Positions 20,411 to 29,568 of a stretch of 64,000 nt of DNA are shown here, piece after piece (the stretch's first letter is position 1; each line of letters opens with the position of its first letter). This DNA comes from Alphaproteobacteria bacterium. Lineage in GTDB: Bacteria; Pseudomonadota; Alphaproteobacteria; Bin95. Location of the stretch: assembly GCA_965205265.1 (NCBI GenBank), contig CBDBGH010000003.1, forward strand, positions 2,048,001 through 2,112,000, in the 5' to 3' direction. Position numbers and translations under genes: made by a program. The notes under the pieces are model-generated. The model did not search any database, was not told the DNA's origin, and worked only from the letters and a program-made list of their open reading frames with translations.

Positions 20411-21091
20411 TCAGCCCCGGGCCCCGAAAACGGCGCTGCCCACCCGGACATGCGTCGCGCCGAAGCGGATCGCGGTCTCGAAATCGGCGCTCATGCCCAT
20501 CGACAGCCCGGCCAGCCCGTGGCGCCGGGCGGCCTCGCGCAGGAAGGCGAAATGCGGGCCCGGCAGGTCCTCGGCCGGCGGAATGCACATCAGCCCGACC
20601 ACATTGAGACCGTATTCCGCCCGGCACCGGTCGAGAAAGCCGCCCAGCGCGGCCGGCGCCACGCCGCCCTTTTGCGGTTCGTCGCCGGTATTGACCTGCA
20701 CGAAGCACGGCAGCGTCCTGCCCGTCCGCTCGAACTCCCGCGCCAGCGCCGCGGCCAGACGGGGCCTGTCCACCGTTTCGATAACATCGAAGAGCCGCAC
20801 GGCGGCCCGGACCTTGTTGGTCTGCAAGCCGCCGATCAGGTGCAGCGCGATGTCGGGAAACCGTTCCCTGAACGCCGGCCAGCGCGCCTCGGCTTCCTGT
20901 ACGCGGTTCTCGCCGAAGAGCCGGTGACCGGCTTCCAGCGCGCCCTCGATCCTCCCTTCCGGCTGCAGCTTCGACACAGCCACCAGCCGGACGGAGGAGG
21001 CATCGCGCCCGGCAGCCTCCGCGGCTGCCCGGATGCGGTCCGTCACTGCCGCCAGGCGCCCGGCGGCCTCCCGATTTTCCGGACGTTCCAT
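20411..21091 (-). CDS. yggS: PLP homeostasis protein YggS
   Basis: LVAVSK, FGENRVQE, HLIGGLQTNK, LSMGMSADF, VRVGSAVFG. Confidence 0.95.
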   Translation of the reverse strand: MERPENREAAGRLAAVTDRIRAAAEAAGRDASSVRLVAVSKLQPEGRIEGALEAGHRLFGENRVQEAEARWPAFRERFPDIALHLIGGLQTNKVRAAVRLFDVIETVDRPRLAAALAREFERTGRTLPCFVQVNTGDEPQKGGVAPAALGGFLDRCRAEYGLNVVGLMCIPPAEDLPGPHFAFLREAARRHGLAGLSMGMSADFETAIRFGATHVRVGSAVFGARG

Positions 21092-21272
21092 CCCGGAACG
21101 CTACCAGAGCACGCGGTCCGGGTTAAGCCGCGCCGGGGCGGACCGGTTCCGCTTTCGTGAAACCGCAATACCAGGGCGCTCTCCCGCCAGGGCAATCGCT
21201 TTTGAAGATTTGCGAGCAGGGCGCATGGGACGGACCGGGGCCCGGCGTCCCCGCCTCCTTCCCATCCCTCTT

Positions 21273-21319
21273 CCCGTCATGCCCTGAGCCGGTCGAAGGG
21301 GCCGTTCGGGCATGACGGG
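21273..21319. repeat. REP-like extragenic palindrome
   Basis: CCCGTCATGCCC...GGGCATGACGGG stem enclosing TGAGCCGGTCGAAGGG; stem shared with the 4557 element. Confidence 0.65.
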
Positions 21320-21471
21320 GGTGTTCACGCATGACAAATCCGAAAGCGATTGCCTTGGCCCTCCCGCCCGACAGGCCGCCGGCGCGTCGTCCGGAGTGGC
21401 GGCAAGGTCATGCAGAGTGCGGCGAGAGAAGCGAATTGTTCCTATATTCGAGTAATATTTCTCTATATGAC

Positions 21472-21498
21472 TTGCATTTTCAGAAAATGTGCTATGAT
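21472..21498 (+). promoter_or_regulatory. Putative sigma70 promoter with overlapping palindrome
   Basis: AT-rich island; TTGCAT...TGcTATGAT; CATTTTC-A-GAAAATG palindrome at 21475-21489. Confidence 0.5.
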
Positions 21499-21776
21499 GG
21501 TCCGAGGGAGTGGAGTCCGCGCGGACCGCTTCCCGCCCGCGCCGGCCCGGTGCGGAACGACCCCGATTCAGCCGACAGGCGAAGTGCGTCCTGTGCCCGC
21601 CTCGCGCGCGGGCAATCAGGCGCGCGAACCGCGCCGCCGCGAAACGCGCCCGCCCGCGCACAGGCGCCCGCGCAGGATGACGCGCGAATAAGGGTCGCTC
21701 CGGTGCCGGGACGGTCTGTCTGCAAACCCGCGCCTGCGTCCGCGCCGGACGCAAGCCGAACCGAGGAGCCGCACCC

Positions 21777-22700
21777 ATGCCCGTGCTCGACCCGACCCTC
21801 TCCCTCTCCTCCCGCCAGGAAGCCTTCTGCCGCCACTACACAGCCTCCGGCAATGCCGCAGACGCCGCAAGGCGCGCCGGCTATGCCGAACGCTCCGCAA
21901 GGCAGACCGGCTCCGCCCTGCTGGAACGCCCCTGGATCGTCGAGCGGGTGCGGCGCATCCGCATGTCGTGGCGGCGCACCGAGAGGGACGAGGCGCAGAT
22001 CGTGCTCGCCCGCCTGGAGCAGGCCTGGGATGCGGCGGTGGCGAGCGGCTCTGCCTACATGATGGTCCGGATCGTCCGCTTCCAGGCGGAGATTGCGGGG
22101 CTGACGCAGCCGGCCAACCGGGCGGCGCTCTGGTCGATGCCGGAGGAGGACGAGTTCGGGGAGATCGAGGCCGGCGAGGCGCAGGAGGCCGGCACCGTGC
22201 CGGGACCCCTCGCCGAAGCCGTGCGCCACGGCCGTGCCCGCGCCGAACGCGCCCTTGCCCGCCATTGCGGGAACAGGGAGGCGATGGAGGCAGGGGAAGG
22301 CTTCGACGGGGCCGCCCATGCGCAGGTTGCCGCAAGGCTCATGGCGGCCGTCGAGGAGCGCGAGAGCCTGCCCGTCTGCTTCGACCCGCCGCCGCCCCCG
22401 GCAAACGACCTTCCCCTCGCTGACGACCCGCCCGAAGACACCTACGACCCCGAGCGGTTCCCCGGCGAGTGGGCCGACGGCGACCGCCCGGGCGAGGAGG
22501 AACGCGCCGAGGGCGCGGAAACCGACTGGCTCTACCAGCGCCGCAACGACTATGCCGAGATCCACGACCCCTGGTCGCCGGAGAACATCGAACGCCGCCA
22601 GGCCGACAGCCTCAACCGGCTCGAGAATGGGCCGCCCCCTTCGACCCGCCCGACAATGCCGGTTTCGCTCCCGACCATGACATTTCATGACATCCCATGA
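21777..22700 (+). CDS. Orphan terminase-small-subunit-like HTH protein with acidic C-terminal extension
   Basis: RQEAFCRHY..SGNAADAARRAGYAERSARQTGSALLERP resembles the Terminase_2 N-terminus; GAGGAG RBS. Confidence 0.7.
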   Translation: MPVLDPTLSLSSRQEAFCRHYTASGNAADAARRAGYAERSARQTGSALLERPWIVERVRRIRMSWRRTERDEAQIVLARLEQAWDAAVASGSAYMMVRIVRFQAEIAGLTQPANRAALWSMPEEDEFGEIEAGEAQEAGTVPGPLAEAVRHGRARAERALARHCGNREAMEAGEGFDGAAHAQVAARLMAAVEERESLPVCFDPPPPPANDLPLADDPPEDTYDPERFPGEWADGDRPGEEERAEGAETDWLYQRRNDYAEIHDPWSPENIERRQADSLNRLENGPPPSTRPTMPVSLPTMTFHDIP

Positions 22701-22702
22701 CA
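22676..22702 (+). repeat. Three CATGACA direct repeats at exact 10-bp period
   Basis: catgacattt catgacatcc catgaca at 22676, 22686, 22696. Confidence 0.8.
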
Positions 22703-22779
22703 CGCAGAGGGTCGTCCCCGCCCGTCCCGACCTTGCCGGGACGACGCAAAAGGGCCAATTGGGCGGACCGCCTGTGTGC

Positions 22780-23592
22780 ATGGACCGCCGGAAAACGCCG
22801 CCTTTGCCGTTCTTGCCCGCCCGCCGCCGCCCGATCGGGCTCGCCGCCGCCCTCGCCTTCGGCCTGGGGCTCGCCGCGCCCGGCTTCGGCGCGGACAGGA
22901 TTACGGTGTTCGCCGCGGCCAGCCTGAAGAACGCGATGGACGAGATTGCCGCCGGCTTCGCGCGCGAGACCGGCCATGCCGCAACCGTCTCGCTCGCGGG
23001 CTCGTCCGCGCTTGCCCGCCAGATCCGGCACGGCGCGCCTGCGGACATCTTCATCTCAGCCAATCCGGACTGGATGGATGCGCTCAAGCGGGAGGGCCTC
23101 ATCGATCCGGCGAGCCGTTTCGACCTCCTGACCAACAGCCTCGTGCTGGCGGCGCACGGGCGGCGTGCGCCGCCGGTCCGGATCGCGCCCGGTCTCGACC
23201 TTGCCGCCATGCTTGGCGACGGCCGCCTCGCCATGACGCTTGTCGATGCGGTACCCGCCGGCATTTACGGCAAGGCGGCGCTCGAATGGCTGGGCGCCTG
23301 GGAGGCCGCGGCGCCGCGGGTCGCGCAGGCGGACAATGTGCGCGCCGCGCTGGCGCTGGTCTCCTCCGGCGAGGCGCCGCTCGGCATCGTCTATGCGACC
23401 GATGCGGCAGCGGACGACAATGTGACGGTCATCGGCACCTTCCCCGCAGGCGCGCATCCGCCCATCGTCTATCCCGCCGCTGCGGTCGCCGCGAGCCGCA
23501 ACCCGCACAATTCGCGCTTCCTCGCCTGGCTCCGGGGCCCGGCGGCGAGGAAAGCGTTCGAGCGGCAAGGCTTTGTCACCGCCTTCGAGTAG
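22780..23592 (+). CDS. modA: Molybdate ABC transporter substrate-binding protein
   Basis: VFAAASL, GSSALARQI..GAPADIFISA, VPAGIYG, NVRAAL, GIVYATDA. Confidence 0.93.
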   Translation: MDRRKTPPLPFLPARRRPIGLAAALAFGLGLAAPGFGADRITVFAAASLKNAMDEIAAGFARETGHAATVSLAGSSALARQIRHGAPADIFISANPDWMDALKREGLIDPASRFDLLTNSLVLAAHGRRAPPVRIAPGLDLAAMLGDGRLAMTLVDAVPAGIYGKAALEWLGAWEAAAPRVAQADNVRAALALVSSGEAPLGIVYATDAAADDNVTVIGTFPAGAHPPIVYPAAAVAASRNPHNSRFLAWLRGPAARKAFERQGFVTAFE

Positions 23593-23601
23593 AATTGCGG
23601 C

Positions 23602-24294
23602 ATGGACTGGCTGAGCCCCGAGGAATGGCAGGCGGTCGCGCTGTCGCTCCGCGTCGCGTTCTGGGCAACGCTCGCGAGCCTGCCGCTCGGCGTGCTGACC
23701 GCCTATGCGCTCGCCCGCTGGCGCTTTCCGGGCCGGCAGCTCCTGAACGGGCTGGTGCATCTGCCGCTCATCCTGCCCCCGGTGGCGACGGGCTACCTGC
23801 TGCTGCTGGCGTTCGGGACGCGCGGCCCCCTCGGCGGTCTTCTCCAGGAGGCAGGCATCGTCTTCGCCTTCCGCTGGACGGGCGCGGCGCTGGCAGCGGC
23901 GGTCATGGCGTTCCCGCTCATGGTCCGCGCCATCCGCCTTTCCATCGAGGCGGTGGACCCGAAACTCGAACAGGCGAGTGCGACGCTCGGCGCCTCCGGC
24001 CCCTGGGTCTTCGCGACCGTGACCCTGCCGCTGGTGCTGCCGGGTATCGTCGCAGGCGCGATTCTCGCCTTCGCCAAGGCAATGGGCGAGTTCGGCGCGA
24101 CGATCACTTTCGTCTCGAACATTCCCGGCCAGACGCAGACCCTGCCGACGGCGATCTACGCCTTCCTCCAGGTGCCGGGCGGCGAGGCGTCCGCGCTCCG
24201 CCTTGTCGTCATCGCCGTCGCGGTCTCCATGGCCGCGCTGCTGCTGTCGGAGCTCGTTGCGCGGCGCGTGGCGAAAAGGGTGGCCGGCGCATGA
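23602..24294 (+). CDS. modB: Molybdate ABC transporter permease
   Basis: HLPLILPPVATGY, FAKAMGEFGATI. Confidence 0.93.
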   Translation: MDWLSPEEWQAVALSLRVAFWATLASLPLGVLTAYALARWRFPGRQLLNGLVHLPLILPPVATGYLLLLAFGTRGPLGGLLQEAGIVFAFRWTGAALAAAVMAFPLMVRAIRLSIEAVDPKLEQASATLGASGPWVFATVTLPLVLPGIVAGAILAFAKAMGEFGATITFVSNIPGQTQTLPTAIYAFLQVPGGEASALRLVVIAVAVSMAALLLSELVARRVAKRVAGA

Positions 24295-25376
24295 CACTCT
24301 CCGTCGCCATCCGCCACGCCTTCCCCGGCTTCGAGCTCGACATCGCCTTCGAGGCGCCGCCGGGCGTGACCGTGCTGTTCGGCCGCTCGGGCTCCGGCAA
24401 GACCACGACCGTCAATGCCGTTGCGGGGCTGCTGAGACCGGAGGCCGGGCGCGCGGTCGCGGACGGCTGGGTGCTGTTCGATACGGAGCGCGGCGCGTGG
24501 CTGCCGCCCCACCGCCGCCGGCTCGGCTACATCTTCCAGGAAGGGCGGCTCTTTCCGCATCTGACCGTGCGGCAGAACCTGCTCTACGGACGCTGGTTCG
24601 CGGCGAAGGGGGGGCCGGGCGAAGACATGGGGCGCATCGTCGAAATGCTCGGCATCGGGCATCTGCTGGGCCGCCGCCCCGGCGCGCTGTCGAGCGGGGA
24701 GAAGCAGCGGGTCGCCATCGGGCGCGCGCTGCTCGCGAGCCCCCGGCTCATCCTCGCCGACGAGCCGCTGGCCTCGCTGGACGAAGCCAGGAAGGCCGAA
24801 ATCCTGCCCTATTTCGAACGGCTGAGGGACGAGGTGTCGGTGCCCGTGCTCTATGTCAGCCACTCGGCGGCCGAGGTGGCGCGGCTTGCGACCACGGTGA
24901 TCGCGCTCCAGGACGGGCGCGTGCTGCGCCAGGGGCCGGCGGTCGAGGTGCTGGGCGATCCGACGGTCACGCCGCTCGGCGCGCGCGGCGCGGGCGCGGT
25001 GCTGGAAGCGGCGGTCCTGCGCCACCATGCCGACGGGCTGTCGGAAATCGAGGCGGGCGGCGTGCGCCTGTTCCTGCCGAGGGTGCCGCATGCGCCCGGC
25101 AGCCGGATCCGGGTCCGGATCGCGGCGCATGAGGTGCTGCTGTCCAGAAAGGAGCCGGAAGGCCTCTCGGCGCTGAACATCCTGCCGGGCACGGTCGAAT
25201 CGGTCCGGGCGGGCGAAGGGCCGGGCGCCATCGTCTCCGTCCGCACGGCCGCCGGCACGATCCTCTCCCGTTCGACCCGCCGTTCGACCGAGGCGCTGGG
25301 GCTGGCGGAGGGCATGTCCTGCCATGCCGTCATCAAGACCGTCGCCATCGCCCCGGAAGGCGTGGGCGGCGCCTGA
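24291..25376 (+). CDS. modC: Molybdate ABC transporter ATP-binding protein with TOBE domain
   Basis: GRSGSGKT, LPPHRRRLGYIFQEGRLFPHLTV, SALNIL, C-terminal AVIK. Confidence 0.93.
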   Translation: MTLSVAIRHAFPGFELDIAFEAPPGVTVLFGRSGSGKTTTVNAVAGLLRPEAGRAVADGWVLFDTERGAWLPPHRRRLGYIFQEGRLFPHLTVRQNLLYGRWFAAKGGPGEDMGRIVEMLGIGHLLGRRPGALSSGEKQRVAIGRALLASPRLILADEPLASLDEARKAEILPYFERLRDEVSVPVLYVSHSAAEVARLATTVIALQDGRVLRQGPAVEVLGDPTVTPLGARGAGAVLEAAVLRHHADGLSEIEAGGVRLFLPRVPHAPGSRIRVRIAAHEVLLSRKEPEGLSALNILPGTVESVRAGEGPGAIVSVRTAAGTILSRSTRRSTEALGLAEGMSCHAVIKTVAIAPEGVGGA

Positions 25377-25395
25377 GCCGCAGCGCTCCTGCGGA

Positions 25396-26535
25396 TTATC
25401 CGCCGCTATGCGTGGAACCGGGCCGATGCCTGCGCCGGATATAGACCCGCATTGCTTCCGCAGCCAGGCCCGTGAGCAGGCCCGCCAGCGCACCCAGGAA
25501 TACCGTCGCCAGTGCAGCCGCGGCGATGACGGGGCGGCAGTCCGGGCGGGCGTCGAGCAGTCTCGGACTCAGGATCAGGTCGGCCGCCGCATAGATCAGC
25601 AGCGCACCGACGACGGCCGGCGGAATCGTCATGAGCAGCCCGACGGTCTCGGGCCCCATCGCCACGACGGCGCCGCAGGAGGCCGCCATGATCAACGGCG
25701 CGCCCATGCCGCGCGCGCCGAACCTTCTGTGCGCGGCAATACCGCCGGCCCCGTGGCACATCGGCATGGCGCCCAGCGGCGCAAGCAGGAGATTCATCAG
25801 TCCGTTCGTGGCTGCGAGCCTCCGCTCGTTCACGCGCGCGGCCCGGTCGGGATAGAGCGAACGGGCGACCGCAGCGGCAACCACCACGGCGTTGAGCAGG
25901 GTGAGCGGCAGCTGCGCCAGCACGCCCGAAAGCACCGCATGGACGGTGTCGATGCCGCCGGCGGGAGACGCCGGGGGAACCGGCGGCCCGGCATGGGGAA
26001 CCAGAAGCACGGCGCCTATGACGACAAGCGGAACCCACGGGCCCCTCGGCAGGAGAAAGGCGAGCGAGAGCACGGCAAGCGAAGCCAGGGCCATAACCCA
26101 GTCATGGCTCAGCAGACCGAAGGCCACCGTTCCCAGCATCAGGCCGAGCCCCGCCTGGAGGCCCGTGACAACCGATTGCGGAATTGCGCGCGCAGCCCTC
26201 TCGAACGACGGTATGGCCGCGAGCAGCAGCAGGACCGCGCCGACGATGCCGCCTGCCCAGGCGGTTTCGACCGCGGTGAGGCCGCCCGCGATGATGACGG
26301 CGCCGAGAGCCTTCATCGGCTGGACGGATACGGGCATGCGATAGACGACGGCGACGAGGACATATCCGGCCGCAAAGCCGGCGAAGACCGGCGTCGGCGC
26401 CAGAATGCCCGCGCCCACCGCGGCCACGACATAAGGCAGGAAGGTGCCGAGATCGCCGAACGCGCCCGACAACTCCCCGCTGGCCGAGCGCAGGCGCTCC
26501 AGGCGCCCGGCGTCTTGTGCTCCGAATCCAGGCAT
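25396..26535 (-). CDS. MOT1-type putative sulfate/molybdate transporter
   Basis: ELSGAFGDLGTFLP, PVSVQPMKAL, MPMCHGAGG.A...FGAR are the MOT1 family motifs. Confidence 0.85.
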   Translation of the reverse strand: MPGFGAQDAGRLERLRSASGELSGAFGDLGTFLPYVVAAVGAGILAPTPVFAGFAAGYVLVAVVYRMPVSVQPMKALGAVIIAGGLTAVETAWAGGIVGAVLLLLAAIPSFERAARAIPQSVVTGLQAGLGLMLGTVAFGLLSHDWVMALASLAVLSLAFLLPRGPWVPLVVIGAVLLVPHAGPPVPPASPAGGIDTVHAVLSGVLAQLPLTLLNAVVVAAAVARSLYPDRAARVNERRLAATNGLMNLLLAPLGAMPMCHGAGGIAAHRRFGARGMGAPLIMAASCGAVVAMGPETVGLLMTIPPAVVGALLIYAAADLILSPRLLDARPDCRPVIAAAALATVFLGALAGLLTGLAAEAMRVYIRRRHRPGSTHSGG

Positions 26536-26705
26536 TATCGTTATCTTGTTGTTTTTTGCGCCTGTCTTGCACCGAAGCCTACAGGCGCGGGACGCCCTGC
26601 GAAAGGCCGAGCGGACGCCATTGCGGAACCGGAAACTTCCTGCTGATTTTGTCGATTTAATGCTCTTTTTATGCAAATCTTCCGAATCGCGGAAGGAATT
26701 GCAGG

Positions 26706-27413
26706 GTGGAAAGCTTCTGGAGGATACTCGGAGAGGCGGTCGGCCTGATCCTTGCCTGGGACTCCGACCTCGTCGAAATCGTCGGCCTGTCGCTTCGCGT
26801 CACGCTGAGCGCCGTCGCCATTTCCTGCCTCATCGGCCTGCCGCTCGGCGCGGCGGTCGGCGCCTTCCGCTTCCCCGGGCGGACGGCGGTCATCGTCGTG
26901 CTGAATTCGCTGATGGGGCTGCCGCCCGTCGTGGTGGGGCTGATCGCCTATCTCATGCTCTCGGCCGCCGGCCCGCTCGGCCCGCTGGAGCTGCTCTACA
27001 CGCCGGCGGCCATGATTATCGCCCAGACGATCCTCGTCACCCCCATCGTGGCGGCGTTGAGCCGGCAGGTGGTGGAGGACTGCTACCGCGAATATGCCGA
27101 GCAGTTCGACTCGCTCGGCGTCGGTCCGTTCGACCGGGTCGCCGCGCTCCTGTGGGACGCCCGCTACAGCCTGCTCACCGTGGCGCTCGCCGGCTTCGGC
27201 CGCGCGGTGGCGGAGGTGGGCGCCGTCATCATCGTCGGCGGCAACATCAACCATGTCACGCGCGTGATGACCACGACGATTGCGCTTGAGACCTCGAAAG
27301 GCAATCTCGAACTCGCGCTGGCGCTCGGCGTCGTGCTTCTCGCCATTGCCGTGGCGGTAAACGGGGCCGTCATGACGCTCCGGGCCTCGGCCGTCCGGAT
27401 GGCCTATGTTTGA
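26706..27413 (+). CDS. tupB: Tungstate ABC transporter permease
   Basis: NSLMGLPPVVVGL, GFGRAVAEVGAVIIVGGNI, TRVMTTTIALETSKG. Confidence 0.9.
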   Translation: MESFWRILGEAVGLILAWDSDLVEIVGLSLRVTLSAVAISCLIGLPLGAAVGAFRFPGRTAVIVVLNSLMGLPPVVVGLIAYLMLSAAGPLGPLELLYTPAAMIIAQTILVTPIVAALSRQVVEDCYREYAEQFDSLGVGPFDRVAALLWDARYSLLTVALAGFGRAVAEVGAVIIVGGNINHVTRVMTTTIALETSKGNLELALALGVVLLAIAVAVNGAVMTLRASAVRMAYV

Positions 27414-28197
27414 GGCGGCGTTCCATGCGGCTGCGCCGGGGACCCCGGCAGCAGCAGACGCCCCGGCCCTGCTGAGCGCGCGGGGCCTGTGTTTCGATAC
27501 CGGCGGCAAGCGGCTGATCGACGGGGTCGATATCGACATCCGCCCCGGCAGGCGCACGGTGGTCATGGGCGCCAACGGCGCCGGCAAGAGCTTGCTGCTG
27601 CGCCTTCTGCACGGCCTGATCCGCCCGACCGCCGGCGAGGTGCTCTGGCGGGGGCGGCCCCTCGACCGCGAAGGCCGCCTCGCGCAGGCGATGGTGTTCC
27701 AGCGCCCGGTGCTGCTGCGCCGCTCGGTGCTCGCCAACCTCCGCTTCGCGCTTTCGGTGCGCGGGCTTTCGGGACCGGAACGCGCAGAACGGGAGGCCGA
27801 GGCTATGGAGCGGTCCCGCCTCGGCGGTCTGGCGAACCGGCCGGCGCGCGTGCTCTCGGGCGGCGAGCAGCAGCGGCTTGCGGTGGCGCGCGCGCTTGCC
27901 TGCCGGCCGCGCGTGCTCTTCCTCGACGAACCGACGGCCAGTTTGGACCCAGGTTCGACCCACGCCATCGAGCAACTGGTCCTCGAAGCGCATGAGAGCG
28001 GCGTCGCCATCGTGCTCGTCACGCACGACACCGGCCAGGCGCGGCGCCTCGGCGGCGACGCGGTCTTCCTGCATGGCGGGCGGGTGGTGGAGACGGGACA
28101 CGCACCGGAGGTTCTGGATGCGCCGCGCTCCGAAGCCGCCCGCGCCTGGCTCGAGGGCCGGCTCTATCTCGACGCTCCCGCCGCGCCCCGGGCCTGA
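27406..28197 (+). CDS. tupC: Tungstate ABC transporter ATP-binding protein
   Basis: GANGAGKS, VFQRPVLLRRSV, LSGGEQQR, FLDEPT; lies between tupB and tupA. Confidence 0.85.
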   Translation: MFEAAFHAAAPGTPAAADAPALLSARGLCFDTGGKRLIDGVDIDIRPGRRTVVMGANGAGKSLLLRLLHGLIRPTAGEVLWRGRPLDREGRLAQAMVFQRPVLLRRSVLANLRFALSVRGLSGPERAEREAEAMERSRLGGLANRPARVLSGGEQQRLAVARALACRPRVLFLDEPTASLDPGSTHAIEQLVLEAHESGVAIVLVTHDTGQARRLGGDAVFLHGGRVVETGHAPEVLDAPRSEAARAWLEGRLYLDAPAAPRA

Positions 28198-28216
28198 ACC
28201 CGGATCGAAGCGCGAC

Positions 28217-29041
28217 ATGGCCGGACGCATCCTCCCTTCGCTCGCTGCCCTTGCATTCATCGCTCTGGGCGTTATCCATCCGGCGGCGGCGGACCGTTTC
28301 ATCGTCGTCCAGTCCACCACTTCGACCCAGAACTCCGGCCTCTACGACCACATCCTGCCGCTGTTCCGGGAGCGGACCGGCATCGAGGTGCGGGTCGTCG
28401 CGGTCGGCACCGGCCAGGCGCTTCGGAACGCCGCCAATGGCGACGGCGACGTGCTCCTCGTCCACGCCCGGTCGGCCGAGGAGCGCTTCGTTTCCGACGG
28501 TCACGGCATCGGCCGGGCCGATGTCATGTACAACGATTTCGTCATCGTCGGACCTGCCGAAGACCCTGCCGGCGTGGCGGGCATGAACGACGCCGTGGCG
28601 GCGCTGGCCTTGATCGCCTGGGCCGAAGCGCCCTTCGTTTCGCGCGGCGACGACAGCGGCACGCACAAGACGGAACTCGCGCTCTGGAAGGCGGCGGGTG
28701 TCGATGTCGCGGCCGCTTCGGGCGGCTGGTATCGCGAGACCGGTTCGGGCATGGGCGCGGCGCTCAACACCGCCAGCGGCATGGGCGCCTATGCGATGAC
28801 CGACCGCGCCACCTGGACGGGCTTCGCCAACAGGAACGGCCAGCGGATCCTGGTCGAGGGCGACCCGAGGCTCTTCAACCAGTACGGCATTGTGCTGGTG
28901 AATCCCGAACGGCACCCGAATGTGAAGGCCGGCCTCGGCCGGCTGTTCGTCGACTGGGTGCTCTCCGAGGAAGGACAGGCAGCTATTGCGTCCTACAGGG
29001 TGGATGGCCAGCAGGTCTTCTTTCCGAACGCCGGCGGCTGA
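28217..29041 (+). CDS. tupA: Tungstate ABC transporter substrate-binding protein
   Basis: STTSTQNSGL (TTTS-like motif), VGTGQAL, MYNDF, SRGDDSGTH. Confidence 0.92.
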   Translation: MAGRILPSLAALAFIALGVIHPAAADRFIVVQSTTSTQNSGLYDHILPLFRERTGIEVRVVAVGTGQALRNAANGDGDVLLVHARSAEERFVSDGHGIGRADVMYNDFVIVGPAEDPAGVAGMNDAVAALALIAWAEAPFVSRGDDSGTHKTELALWKAAGVDVAAASGGWYRETGSGMGAALNTASGMGAYAMTDRATWTGFANRNGQRILVEGDPRLFNQYGIVLVNPERHPNVKAGLGRLFVDWVLSEEGQAAIASYRVDGQQVFFPNAGG

Positions 29042-29516
29042 CGGATGCGAACCCGCCGGCATGAGGATTGCGGCATGACACGGCTCCTGCGGTCCCTGCT
29101 GGCGATTGCGCTGGTCGGCCTCGCCATGCCGGGCGAGGCGCGCAGCGTCCGCGACTCCGCCGGGAGGGTCGTCGAAATCCCGGACCGGGTGGAGCGCGTG
29201 TTTGCTGCCGGGCCGCCCGCCTCGATCCTCGTCTATGCGCTGAAGCCCGGCGCGCTGCTCGGATGGCCGCGCGCGCTGCGGGACTACGAGAAGCCCTACA
29301 TCGCCCGACCCTGGCGCGACCTTCCCGAGACCGGGCGGCTCACCGGGCGCGGCGGCGACGCGAACCTCGAACGGGTGATCGCGCTGGAGCCCGACCTCAT
29401 CGTCGATTTCGGCTCCGTGCGGGATACCTATATCGACCTCGCGAACCGCGTCCAGGACCGGACCGGCATCCCCTATGTCCTGGTCAACGGGCGCTTTTCC
29501 GAAGGGGATTATATAC

Positions 29517-29545
29517 TTGACGGCGCAAACCGGAGCGCCTATATT
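29517..29545 (+). promoter_or_regulatory. Sigma70 promoter of IS1595 operon
   Basis: TTGACG-17 bp-TATATT, followed by AGGGAGG RBS and ATG 29569. Confidence 0.75.
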
Positions 29546-29568
29546 CATCCTTACAGGGAGGATCCACT

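Noticed and set aside
21431-21460. Alphaproteobacterial LexA box upstream of the TerS-like gene
   Set aside because: GTTC is present but there is no GTTC-N7-GTTC spacing.
22676-22702. CRISPR-like or Pho-box array
   Set aside because: 7-bp units with 3-bp spacers, no cas genes, and the period is 10 rather than 11 bp.
24680-24710. ModC signature LSSGE instead of LSGGE
   Set aside because: A single variant seen in some functional ABC ATPases; other motifs are intact.
26540-26670. Moco/Wco riboswitch
   Set aside because: Could not recognise the conserved aptamer elements by eye; needs an Infernal search.
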